Made by a program: the position numbers and the translations under genes
Shown: positions 5,962 through 14,139 of the stretch, one piece after another
How positions within the stretch are numbered: the stretch's first letter is position 1
How the letters are laid out: every line of letters begins with the position of its first letter
Source of the DNA: Acidobacteriota bacterium
GTDB lineage: Bacteria; Acidobacteriota; Thermoanaerobaculia; Multivoradales; UBA5704
Direction of reading: 5' to 3'
Length of the DNA stretch: 16,833 nt
Assembly (NCBI GenBank): GCA_040005235.1
Contig: JBDTZG010000088.1
Coordinates: 1 to 16,833, forward strand
Notes under the pieces: model-generated
Seen by the model: only the letters and a program-made list of their open reading frames with translations
What the model was told of the DNA's origin: nothing
Databases searched by the model: none

Positions 5962-8703
5962 AACACTCCGCAGGCTCGCGAATACGATGGCCGCTACTTC
6001 GAGGCCCAGTTCGCGCGCGAGGACCCGTGGAACTACGGCTCTGACTACGAGCAGGTCAAGTATCAGCAGACGCTTTCCCTGCTCGGCGGCAGGCGCTTCG
6101 CGAGCGCGCTGGAGATCGGTTGCGCCGAGGGGCGATTCACCGCGCAGTTGCTCCCCTACGTCGACAGCCTCCTGGCGGTGGATATCTCGGCCACGGCTTT
6201 GGCGCGCGCGCAGGCGCTCGTTGGGGGCTCCGCCCAGGTGCGATTCTCCCAACTCGATGTCTTTTCCCAGGAGATCCAGGGCCGTTTCGACCTGATCGTC
6301 TGCAGCGAGCTGCTCGCCTATCTGCCACGGCGAAAGACCCTGGAGCTCGTGCTCGCACGGGTACTTCGCGCGCTTAAGCCGGAGGGGTTGCTGGTCATGG
6401 CGAACGCCAGAGCCGTGGCCGATGAGCCCAACAAGCTGGGCTTTGACTGGCGGTGTCCCTTCGGAGCGCGCACCATCGCTGAGGTGGCGATCGCCGTGGG
6501 CGTCAGCCTCCACGAGGAGCTCTCCGCGCCGCTCTATGCCGTGCATTCTTTCTCTTGGACGGAGCCGCTGGAGGGCCCTCGGCGGCGTAGCGTCGACATG
6601 GGATCGATCCCGGAAGCGGTGGCCGTCGCGGCACGTGGCCTGCCGCAGCGATCCGCGCAGCCGCCCGGCACCTCGATCCCGGTTTTGGCCTATCACCGGA
6701 TTGCGGAATCGGGCCCGGCGGCCCTCGCTCCTTACCGGATCTCCCAGGATGCGTTCGCCGAGCAAATGGCTTTCTTAGAGGACAACGGATACGCGGTGTT
6801 GTCGCTGGCGCAGTTCCGCGACGCGCATGTCCAGGGGCTTTCCGTGCCGCATCGGTCGGTGTTGCTGACCTTCGACGACGGCTACCGCGACTTCGCCGAG
6901 GCGGCTCTGCCCGTGCTGGAGAAGCACGGCTTCCCGGCTGTGCTGTTCGTGGTCGAAGACCGGGTCGGCAAGGCAGCCGACTGGGACGGCGCCTACGGCG
7001 AGCCCGAGGCGCTTCTGGACTGGGCAGCCCTGCGCGACGTCGTCGCCCGCGGGAACGTCACGATCGGCTCTCATACGCGGACGCATCCCCGTCTGTCGGA
7101 GATCAGGCCCGAAAATGCCGTCGCAGAGCTGTCGCTATCGCGCACCCGCATTGAGGCGGAGCTGGGCCGGCCGGTTATCGCTTTGGCGTATCCCTATGGG
7201 GATTCGAACCCCCTCGTCGCAACCTGGGCGGCGAGCTGCGGCTACGAGCTGGCGTTCACCTGCCGCGAGGAGCGTAGCGCCTTTGCCGACGACCGAATGC
7301 TCCTGCCGCGCATCACCGTGTACGGAGAGGACGACCTGGCGTCGTTCGCCAGCAAGCTGGTGGGCATTTGCAGCTCGGCCGGTTCGGTAGATTCGGAGGG
7401 AGAGGGCTCGCGTCCAGCGCCTCGGCAGGCCTCCGCGCCGGCCAGGCCAAGTGCCGAGAGCGATGGCGCACCGGTGATTTCGGTCGTGATACCCACCCGC
7501 AATCGCTGCCCGCTCGTGGAAGAGTTGCTGCATTCTTTGGCTGCGACGACTCTCGCCAACGATCGATTCGAGATCCTGGTGGTCTCCGACGGTTGCACCG
7601 ACGAGACGAATCTCCGCCTAAAGGAACGCTGGGGCGAACGGATCACCCTCCTTCCGCAGGAGCATGCGGGTGCGGCGGAAGCCCGCAACCACGGGATTCG
7701 CCGCGCAAGAGGCGAGCTGATCCTTCTACTGGACGACGACATGGTGGTCGAGCGCAACTGTCTGGAGGCGCATGTTCGCTTTCATCGCGAATGGCCCGAG
7801 GCCCATCACGCCTGCCTGGGTTTCATGGCCTGGCCCGCCGGACCGAACCAAGAGCCCCTGGCTCGTTATCTTTCGGAAAGCGACGAGTATCTCGATTGGA
7901 AATGGGTACGCCGGCGCCCTGCGGAGGACGTCGGCTGGGGCGGTTTCTGGACCGGGCATCTTTCGTTGAAACGCCGGTTCCTAGAGGTGCACGGTCTGTT
8001 CGATGGCCAGCGGTTTCCCAGCCTACTGGGCGAGGACCTCGATCTGGGCAAACGTCTGGAGCGATCGGGCCTGAAGCTTCATTTCCGTGATTCCATCACC
8101 TCATGGCATCAGAAGGCACCGTCGTTCTCCGAGTTTGCGTGGCGCCAGTTTCGCCGTTCGCGGTCGAAGGCCTGCCTGGACGCGCTGGGATCGGCCGGCA
8201 TCTCGCCGAGCGACGCGGCCGGTCTCGCGAGCGAGAAGGGCCTGGAGCAGATCATCCGGGCGGTCGAGGCGTTGGCGCCTTCCGCGGAGCCGCACCTCAG
8301 GGCTGCCATCTACCGGGAGGCTCTCCGATTCGCCGATGCCGCCGGTAGCTTCGACCTCGAACGGCCTGCGGCGGATGCGCCGGCCCCGCAGGACGCAGTC
8401 ATTGCGCTGCTCCAATCGCTCGCTTCGCTGCGGGCGTACACGACGCGCGAGCTGAAGGCGAAATCGGAGCAGTTGGCAGATTCGGGCTCCGCCTTTGCCG
8501 CAATGCACCAGCAGCTGCGCCAGGCGCAGGAGAACCTCGTTCATGCGCAAGCCGCGCTGGAGGAGGCCGGACGGCGCGCCAGGAACAGGGAGCGCGAGCT
8601 CGCGGAGCTGACTCGGCGGATCGACGGTGCAGCGGCCAGACCGCCGGGCCTGCTCGATGCGGCCCGGAAATCGCTACGCCTGTCTCGGACGCGAAGGTCT
8701 TAG
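5935..8703 (+). CDS. Multidomain enzyme: NodS-like class I SAM methyltransferase + polysaccharide deacetylase (NodB/CE4) + GT2 glycosyltransferase + C-terminal coiled coil (922 aa)
   Basis: Methyltransferase: EDPWNYGSDYEQVKY, ALEIGCAEGRFT, VDIS..AL.RA, FDLIVCSELL.YL. CE4: IPVLAYHRI, LTFDDGY (TFDDG at 6868-6882), GSHTRTH, AYPYG, LPRI. GT2: ISVVIPTRNR, VVSDGCTD, AEARNHG, LLLDDD, GEDLDLG.RL. A Q/E/R/A-rich heptad region lies at about 8400-8630. Confidence 0.9.
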   Translation: MAPMAQMAPNTPQAREYDGRYFEAQFAREDPWNYGSDYEQVKYQQTLSLLGGRRFASALEIGCAEGRFTAQLLPYVDSLLAVDISATALARAQALVGGSAQVRFSQLDVFSQEIQGRFDLIVCSELLAYLPRRKTLELVLARVLRALKPEGLLVMANARAVADEPNKLGFDWRCPFGARTIAEVAIAVGVSLHEELSAPLYAVHSFSWTEPLEGPRRRSVDMGSIPEAVAVAARGLPQRSAQPPGTSIPVLAYHRIAESGPAALAPYRISQDAFAEQMAFLEDNGYAVLSLAQFRDAHVQGLSVPHRSVLLTFDDGYRDFAEAALPVLEKHGFPAVLFVVEDRVGKAADWDGAYGEPEALLDWAALRDVVARGNVTIGSHTRTHPRLSEIRPENAVAELSLSRTRIEAELGRPVIALAYPYGDSNPLVATWAASCGYELAFTCREERSAFADDRMLLPRITVYGEDDLASFASKLVGICSSAGSVDSEGEGSRPAPRQASAPARPSAESDGAPVISVVIPTRNRCPLVEELLHSLAATTLANDRFEILVVSDGCTDETNLRLKERWGERITLLPQEHAGAAEARNHGIRRARGELILLLDDDMVVERNCLEAHVRFHREWPEAHHACLGFMAWPAGPNQEPLARYLSESDEYLDWKWVRRRPAEDVGWGGFWTGHLSLKRRFLEVHGLFDGQRFPSLLGEDLDLGKRLERSGLKLHFRDSITSWHQKAPSFSEFAWRQFRRSRSKACLDALGSAGISPSDAAGLASEKGLEQIIRAVEALAPSAEPHLRAAIYREALRFADAAGSFDLERPAADAPAPQDAVIALLQSLASLRAYTTRELKAKSEQLADSGSAFAAMHQQLRQAQENLVHAQAALEEAGRRARNRERELAELTRRIDGAAARPPGLLDAARKSLRLSRTRRS

Positions 8704-8708
8704 CGGCG

Positions 8709-11510
8709 ATGGAGAGCCGAGGACGACCGGTGGCGGTCTGTACCATCGCCTCGAACAACTATCTCGCCAAAGCGAGGGTGCTGATTGAAAGCTACCTGGC
8801 CGCGCATCCCGGCGCGGAGGGGTACGTCTGCGTCGTCGACCAGCCGGTGCATCCGGCCGGTGCGAAAATTCCAGCCACGATCGTCGGCGCGGACCAGCTG
8901 GGCATTCCGGGCTTTGCCAACATGGCCTTCCGCTATGACGCGCTCGAGCTGAACACGGCGGTAAAGCCCTACTTCCTCGAGTACCTGCGGGATCGTTGCG
9001 GTTGCGCCCGGGTGTTCTTCCTCGATCCCGATGTCGTGGTGTTCGATGAGCTTCATGGCCTGGTGCAGGTTCTTGATCAGCACCCGATCGTGCTGACCCC
9101 GCACATCACGCAACCGCTCGAAGAAGGTTGGCGGGCCGGCGAGCGGCAGTTCCTGCGGGCCGGAGTCTTCAACCTCGGATTCCTCGGCATTTGTCTCGAC
9201 GAGCGGACGCGCGCGTTCCTCGATTGGTGGAAAGAGAGGCTCATCCGCTTCTGCGTCGACGACCTCGCAAATGGCCTGTTCGTGGATCAGATCTGGTTGA
9301 ACTTTGCGGCCTGCTTCGTAGACGGGGTGCATGTCGCACGCGAGCCCATCTACAACATCGCCTGGTGGAACCTTTCGCAGAGAACGCTCGAAATAAAGGA
9401 CGGTTATCCGGCGATCGACGGCCGGCGCGTCGGCTTCTTGCATTTCAGCGGTTTCACGGTCGGTTCGAACGACCGCATCACGAAACACCGGGCCGATCTT
9501 TCGCTCGTCGACCGAGAGGACCTGCGCCCGTGGTTTTCCGAATTCAGCCGTAGGGTGCTCGCGGCAGGCGACGCGGGCCTGCGACGGGTCTCCTACGGCT
9601 ACGGTACGTTCCGGGGCACGGAGGTGCCTGTGATTCCGGCGTTCCGCCGCCTGTTGCATCGGCTCGATCCGTCCGGCGTGCGCTGGTCCGACCCCTTTGA
9701 CTTCGAGTCACCGGAGGGCTTCGCCGCTTGGCTTGCCGAGCCTCTGGATTTTCACGAAGGCGTGCTCACCCGTGCCGCGCTTGCGCTCTGGGAGCACCGG
9801 ACGGACCTGGTTCGGGCCTTCCCGCGGGTCTGTGACGAGGATCTGCCTCGGTACGTGGACTGGCTGGTCCGCTTTGGCGAAGGAGCGAAAGAGGGCCTCG
9901 ACGCCGCGTTCTTGAACGAGTTGAGGGTCCACCCGAAGAAGGAGCGGTTCCTCGCGGGGCACTTCGAAGCCACGGTTCCACCGCACTCCGCCAACGCCGA
10001 CCTCTGGCACGCCTCGCTGCTCGAAACGATCGATTTGAGCGCGCCGGGCTCCTTGGCGCACTGGTTGAACGAGCCGGCCGGGGGGACGGCCGAGACGCCG
10101 TGCATTACTCAATTGGCGATGGTGATCTACGCTTCGCGTCTAGATCTGCAGGAAACCTTTCCTCGGCCCTTGGAAGAGGATCGGCAAGCCTTCGGGCAAT
10201 GGTTCGCCAGCGAGGCGCTGAAGGAATATGCGCTGAGCGACGAGCTGCGCGTGGGACCCGAGACGATGCCGCAGCCCCTCCCGGCGAAGGCCACGCTTCA
10301 GGCGCGCAGCCGCACCCTGCTGTCGACGGCAAGGCGGCGCCTGGTCGAACTTTTTACCGACCGGCCCCAAATGGCCCCTCCGCCGCCGGCCGCGGGGGTG
10401 GCGGGTCTCAATGTCGCGGGATATCTAGAGTCGTCGAGCGGCGTAGGCGAGCTGGCGCGAGCGTCGGTGGAGCTTCTGTGCGAACTGGGAATGCCTTTGG
10501 CCCGCGTGCCGCTCGATCAGGACTACTCGGAAAACGTGATCGAAACACGCATCTTCCATCCGGAGGGCACTCCTTTCCCCGTGACGCTGCTGCATGCTAA
10601 CGCGGCGGAAATGCCCGCCGTTTTGTCGACACTGCCCCAAGCGTTCTTGCAGGGGAGCTTTCGGATCGGCTGCTGGGCCTGGGAGTTGGCTCATTTCCCA
10701 CTGAGCTGGGCGGATCGTTTCACCGGCGTGGACGAGGTATGGGCACATTCGCAGTTTTCGCAGCAGACGTTTCAAACCTTGAGCACGGTTCCGGTCCGCT
10801 GGGTCGCTCCGTACGTTCGAGAGCTCCATGGCAAGGCCGATCGAGGGCGCTTTGGCATGGATGCACAGCGTTTCTATTTTTTCGCCGCAGCAGATTTCCG
10901 CAGCCTGCCTCGCCGGAAGAACGTGCAAGGCGCCGTCGAGGCATTGGCTGCTTTGGTGGCGAAGACGAATCGCGAGGTCGGTCTGGTGCTGAAGGTGCAA
11001 CACGCGCAAAGCGATCCCGAGGCTTTCGAGGAGCTTCGCCGGGCGGCCCGCGGGCTTCCGGTCGTGCTATCGACCCAGACGCTTTCGCGGCAGGAGTACG
11101 GCGATCTACTGGCGAGCTGCGATGCCGTGCTGTCGTTGCATCGAGCGGAGGGGCTGGGGCTCGTACCGATCGAAGCGCTGTACCAACGCATCCCGGTGGT
11201 GGCGACCGCCTACGGCGGTGTCACCGATTACCTCGACGAAGAAACGGGCTTTCCGGTCGAATATTCGCTCGCTCGACTGGAGAAGGACGTAGGTCCCTAT
11301 CCGCGAGGCGCAGTGTGGGCCGAACCGGCGTTGGAAAGCGCTGTGGAGCAGATGAAGAAACTGCTCGACCATCCGCAAGAAGCGACCGCGAGAGCTTTGC
11401 GAGGCGCTGGCCGGGTGCGCGGCATCTATGGCCGAGCCGCGTCCGGGCATCGCTGGCAGAACGAGCTCCAGCGAGTCTTCCGCACAGCGGGACTGCGGGG
11501 CGGGGACTAA
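8709..11510 (+). CDS. Dual glycosyltransferase: N-terminal GT-A (GT8-like, DPD motif), central repeats, C-terminal GT4-like GT-B domain (933 aa)
   Basis: N-terminal domain: TIASNNYLAKARVL, ELNTAVKP, FFLDPD, LTPH, GVFNLGF, FVDQIW, YNIAWWNL, FLHFSG. C-terminal domain: NVAGYL...GVGELAR, IGCWAWEL, RKN, SLHRAEGLGLVPIEA, PVVATAYGG, WAEP. It starts 5 nt after the previous stop, suggesting an operon. Confidence 0.88.
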   Translation: MESRGRPVAVCTIASNNYLAKARVLIESYLAAHPGAEGYVCVVDQPVHPAGAKIPATIVGADQLGIPGFANMAFRYDALELNTAVKPYFLEYLRDRCGCARVFFLDPDVVVFDELHGLVQVLDQHPIVLTPHITQPLEEGWRAGERQFLRAGVFNLGFLGICLDERTRAFLDWWKERLIRFCVDDLANGLFVDQIWLNFAACFVDGVHVAREPIYNIAWWNLSQRTLEIKDGYPAIDGRRVGFLHFSGFTVGSNDRITKHRADLSLVDREDLRPWFSEFSRRVLAAGDAGLRRVSYGYGTFRGTEVPVIPAFRRLLHRLDPSGVRWSDPFDFESPEGFAAWLAEPLDFHEGVLTRAALALWEHRTDLVRAFPRVCDEDLPRYVDWLVRFGEGAKEGLDAAFLNELRVHPKKERFLAGHFEATVPPHSANADLWHASLLETIDLSAPGSLAHWLNEPAGGTAETPCITQLAMVIYASRLDLQETFPRPLEEDRQAFGQWFASEALKEYALSDELRVGPETMPQPLPAKATLQARSRTLLSTARRRLVELFTDRPQMAPPPPAAGVAGLNVAGYLESSSGVGELARASVELLCELGMPLARVPLDQDYSENVIETRIFHPEGTPFPVTLLHANAAEMPAVLSTLPQAFLQGSFRIGCWAWELAHFPLSWADRFTGVDEVWAHSQFSQQTFQTLSTVPVRWVAPYVRELHGKADRGRFGMDAQRFYFFAAADFRSLPRRKNVQGAVEALAALVAKTNREVGLVLKVQHAQSDPEAFEELRRAARGLPVVLSTQTLSRQEYGDLLASCDAVLSLHRAEGLGLVPIEALYQRIPVVATAYGGVTDYLDEETGFPVEYSLARLEKDVGPYPRGAVWAEPALESAVEQMKKLLDHPQEATARALRGAGRVRGIYGRAASGHRWQNELQRVFRTAGLRGGD

Positions 11511-11554
11511 GCAGCACCACGGTCCCACGGCGTAGGGTCGCAGTCACTTCGAGA

Positions 11555-11560
11555 TAGAGT
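11555..11560 (+). promoter_or_regulatory. -10 box TAGAGT 7 nt upstream of ATG 11568; probable leaderless transcript
   Basis: gagaTAGAGTcaccaccATG has the same hexamer and spacing as the site upstream of the PH-domain gene. Confidence 0.5.
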
Positions 11561-11567
11561 CACCACC

Positions 11568-13043
11568 ATGAAATCCAACGGCTCCTCCTCCCGCGAACGC
11601 CTTCAGTCCATCGCCCACCGCGTCATGCTCGAACGGGGCTTGGAGCCCGACTTTCCCCCAGAGGCGGCCGCCCAAGTCGAGCAGTTGCGCGGTCCGGCGA
11701 AAGCGGGGGGACCGGGGTTTCGCGACCTGACCGGACTGCTCTGGTGCTCGATCGACAACGACGACTCGCGCGATCTCGACCAGTTGACGGTCGCCGAGGC
11801 GCTCGACGGCGGCAAGGTCCGGCTGTACGTGGCGATCGCCGACGTCGATGCCCTGGTTCCGGCCGGCAGCCCGGTCGATGCCCATGCGCATGCGAACACC
11901 ACGTCGGTCTATACCGCGGCGCGGATCTTCCCGATGCTGCCGGAACGGCTTTCGACCGACCTCACTTCGTTGAACGAGAAGGAAGAGCGCCTCGCGGTCG
12001 TCGTCTCGATCGATCTCGACTCAAAAGGCGAGATCTGCGATTCCGAGATTTACCGCGCCCGGGTGTTCAATCGGGCGAAGCTCGCCTACAACTCGGTCGC
12101 CGCCTGGCTCGAAGGAACCGGGCCGCTCCCCCCGGCCGCCGCCGCGGTCCCGGGATTGGCCGAGAACTTGAAGCTCCAGGACGAGGCCACCCAGGATCTC
12201 CGGAAGCTGCGGGCGGCCGGCGGCTCGCTCACCCTCGAATCGATCGAGGCGAAGCCGGTCTTCGAGAACGACCATCTGAGCGACCTCGAAGCGCAGGAGA
12301 AGAATCGCGCCAAAGAGCTGATCGAGGACTGCATGGTCGCCGCGAACGGCGTCACCGCGCGCTTCCTGGACGGCAAAGGGTACGCCTCGCTGCGCCGCGT
12401 GGTCCGAGTGCCGAAGCGCTGGGACCGGATCGTCGATCTCGCGCGCGGCTTCCATGTCACCCTGCCCGACGCGCCCGACCATATCGCGCTCGCGAAGTTC
12501 CTCGACGAACGCCGGGCGGCCGATCCAGAGAGCTTCCCCGAACTTTCCCTCTCCGTGGTCAAGCTGCTCGGTTCCGGCGAGTACGCGGTCGACCTGCCCG
12601 GCCAGGACCCTCCGGGACATTTCGGTCTCGCGGTGCGCGATTACGCCCACTCGACCGCGCCGAACCGGCGCTTTCCGGATCTGATCACCCAGCGGCTGCT
12701 CAAGGCGGCGTTTACGGGTTCCCCCGCCCCTTATTCGGTGCCGGATCTCGAAGCTCTCGCCAGCCAATGCACGAAGAAAGAGGACGACGCCCAGAAGGTT
12801 GAGCGGCAGGTCCGCAAGTCGGCAGCGGCCCTCCTGCTCTCCGAAAAGATCGGTCAGAAGTTCGACGCGATCGTCACCGGCGCGTCCGAAAAGGGCACTT
12901 GGGTGCGGGTGTTCCGTCCGCCGGTCGAAGGCAGGCTCGAACGAGGCGCGGCGGGCCTGGACGTCGGCGACCGGCTGCGCGTCCGTCTGCTCAGCACGGA
13001 CGTCGAGCGAGGTTTCATCGACTTCGCGCGAATCGACGGCTGA
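11568..13043 (+). CDS. RNB-domain 3'-5' exoribonuclease (RNase II/R family, short form: RNB + S1; 491 aa)
   Basis: SIDNDDSRDLDQ, VAIADV, TSVY, PMLPERLS...SL, LIEDCMVAAN, HFGL...YAHSTAPNRRFPDL, and a C-terminal S1-like region ending RGFIDF. Confidence 0.93.
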   Translation: MKSNGSSSRERLQSIAHRVMLERGLEPDFPPEAAAQVEQLRGPAKAGGPGFRDLTGLLWCSIDNDDSRDLDQLTVAEALDGGKVRLYVAIADVDALVPAGSPVDAHAHANTTSVYTAARIFPMLPERLSTDLTSLNEKEERLAVVVSIDLDSKGEICDSEIYRARVFNRAKLAYNSVAAWLEGTGPLPPAAAAVPGLAENLKLQDEATQDLRKLRAAGGSLTLESIEAKPVFENDHLSDLEAQEKNRAKELIEDCMVAANGVTARFLDGKGYASLRRVVRVPKRWDRIVDLARGFHVTLPDAPDHIALAKFLDERRAADPESFPELSLSVVKLLGSGEYAVDLPGQDPPGHFGLAVRDYAHSTAPNRRFPDLITQRLLKAAFTGSPAPYSVPDLEALASQCTKKEDDAQKVERQVRKSAAALLLSEKIGQKFDAIVTGASEKGTWVRVFRPPVEGRLERGAAGLDVGDRLRVRLLSTDVERGFIDFARIDG

Positions 13044-13082
13044 CCCGCAGCGTAGGTGAACTCAACTCTCTAGGGATGGGAC

Positions 13083-13112
13083 GCCCCCTTCCGGGTGGCA
13101 CCGGAAGGGGGC
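13083..13112. terminator. Perfect 12-bp hairpin between convergent RNB and ECF genes; likely bidirectional terminator
   Basis: GCCCCCTTCCGG-GTGGCA-CCGGAAGGGGGC. There is no U-tract, so intrinsic termination is uncertain. Confidence 0.6.
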
Positions 13113-13128
13113 AAGAGGACTGCGATTT

Positions 13129-13677
13129 TCAGGCTGCGCCGCGCGGCTTGACCGGCGATTTCACCGGATAGCCAAGCGCGAGCAGCTGCTCGCAAAGCAC
13201 CAACTGACAGCGACCTACGACTTTACGGATGCTGGAGGGCCGGTAATCGAGCTGAGCCGCCACTTCGCCCGGCCGCATCCCCATGCCGTAACGGAGGCGG
13301 AGCAGATCGCGGCAGCGCGGCGACAGCTGATCGAGCGCGCGCCCGAGATCTCGACGGAGGGCAATCTTTTCCTGGGCCGGAGCTTGCGGCTCGGCGAGCA
13401 GGTCGAGAATCGCCGCGTCGACCGATTCGGCGAGTTGACGGCGTGCGCCGCGCCAATGCATCACGCAGCGCCATTTGAGGGTCCCGATCAGCCAGGCTTC
13501 CGGGCATTCCACCTCGTCCCAACGTTGGAGGAGGATGACCAGCGAATCCTGGATCAGATCTTCGGCGTCTTGGGCCGAGACGCGGTAGCGGCGGAGCACC
13601 CGCTCGATCTTCGGGCGCAACGAAGGCAGGAGGTCGGCAAAGGAATCAGCGAAACGAGAACGTGCAAGCGGTGTCAT
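13129..13677 (-). CDS. ECF-type sigma-70 family RNA polymerase sigma factor (182 aa)
   Basis: Start MTPLARS with GGAGG upstream. Region 2: DAEDLIQD...PEAWL. Region 4: ALDQLSPRCRDLLRLRY.MG...EVA..L. The ORF track's longer N-terminal extension has no domain content. Confidence 0.88.
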   Translation of the reverse strand: MTPLARSRFADSFADLLPSLRPKIERVLRRYRVSAQDAEDLIQDSLVILLQRWDEVECPEAWLIGTLKWRCVMHWRGARRQLAESVDAAILDLLAEPQAPAQEKIALRRDLGRALDQLSPRCRDLLRLRYGMGMRPGEVAAQLDYRPSSIRKVVGRCQLVLCEQLLALGYPVKSPVKPRGAA

Positions 13678-13866
13678 GCGAGGTCGGTTCCTCCGAGGTG
13701 TCGGTTCGAGGCCTTGCGGCCCAGGAGGGAGCGCCACCGGCAGAATTCCATGGTGAAGTAAGATCGCGACAGCGGAACCAAAGCCCCGTGCGTTCGTTCG
13801 CCGACGTACCCGGAGAACGAGGGGTCTGCCAAGCCTGTCTTCACCGGTGGAAGCCTTATGGTACGG

Positions 13867-13896
13867 AGCGTACTCCAGATGACCGAGAGGCGACAA
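13867..13896 (-). promoter_or_regulatory. Proximal candidate promoter for the ECF gene: TTGTCG-N18-TACGCT, with the -10 inside a GGAG-N4-CTCC palindrome
   Basis: Minus strand: TTGTCGcctctcggtcatctggagTACGCTccg. Confidence 0.45.
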
Positions 13897-14052
13897 TCAG
13901 AGATCGGTTTCTGGCCCCAAGAAGGCGACCTCACCCACTTCCGACGTCAGCCCACTTCGCGGGGAGACCCAGGACAAAAGCCCAGGATTCGAAGCCCCAT
14001 CTTCGGGTGAAGGAAAGTGTTGGCCGACACTCGAAGCGGAACGGACTCGCGG

Positions 14053-14080
14053 AGTGTACTCCAAATTTTTGGCTGTACAA
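14053..14080 (-). promoter_or_regulatory. Distal candidate promoter toward the ECF gene: TTGTAC-N16-TACACT, with the -10 inside the same palindrome
   Basis: Minus strand: TTGTACagccaaaaatttggagTACACTccg. Confidence 0.45.
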
Positions 14081-14122
14081 CCTGCCATTTTTTGTCGCTC
14101 TGGGTCGACCCAAACCAGGCCC

Positions 14123-14131
14123 TGATATCCT
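14123..14131 (+). promoter_or_regulatory. Extended -10 (TGa-TATCCT) 8 nt upstream of the aroC ATG; probable leaderless transcript
   Basis: ccTGATATCCTgtccgccaATG, with no SD. Confidence 0.5.
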
Positions 14132-14139
14132 GTCCGCCA

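Noticed and set aside
5935-8703. Interpretation as a true nodulation (nodBCS) locus
   Set aside because: No nodA, nodD, nod box or nodIJ is present, and the GT2 lacks the processive QxxRW motif and TM helices of NodC.
13674-13751. 25-aa upstream ORF (MEFCRWRSLL...) overlapping the ECF start by ATGA
   Set aside because: It has no SD, and any ATG-A start creates such an overlap. The ECF gene has its own GGAGG, and nothing supports translation.
14017-14139. N-terminal extension of aroC from TTG 14017 (likewise the ECF extension to 13896)
   Set aside because: Chorismate synthases begin just before TAGESHG. The extensions lack coding bias and overlap promoter-like motifs.
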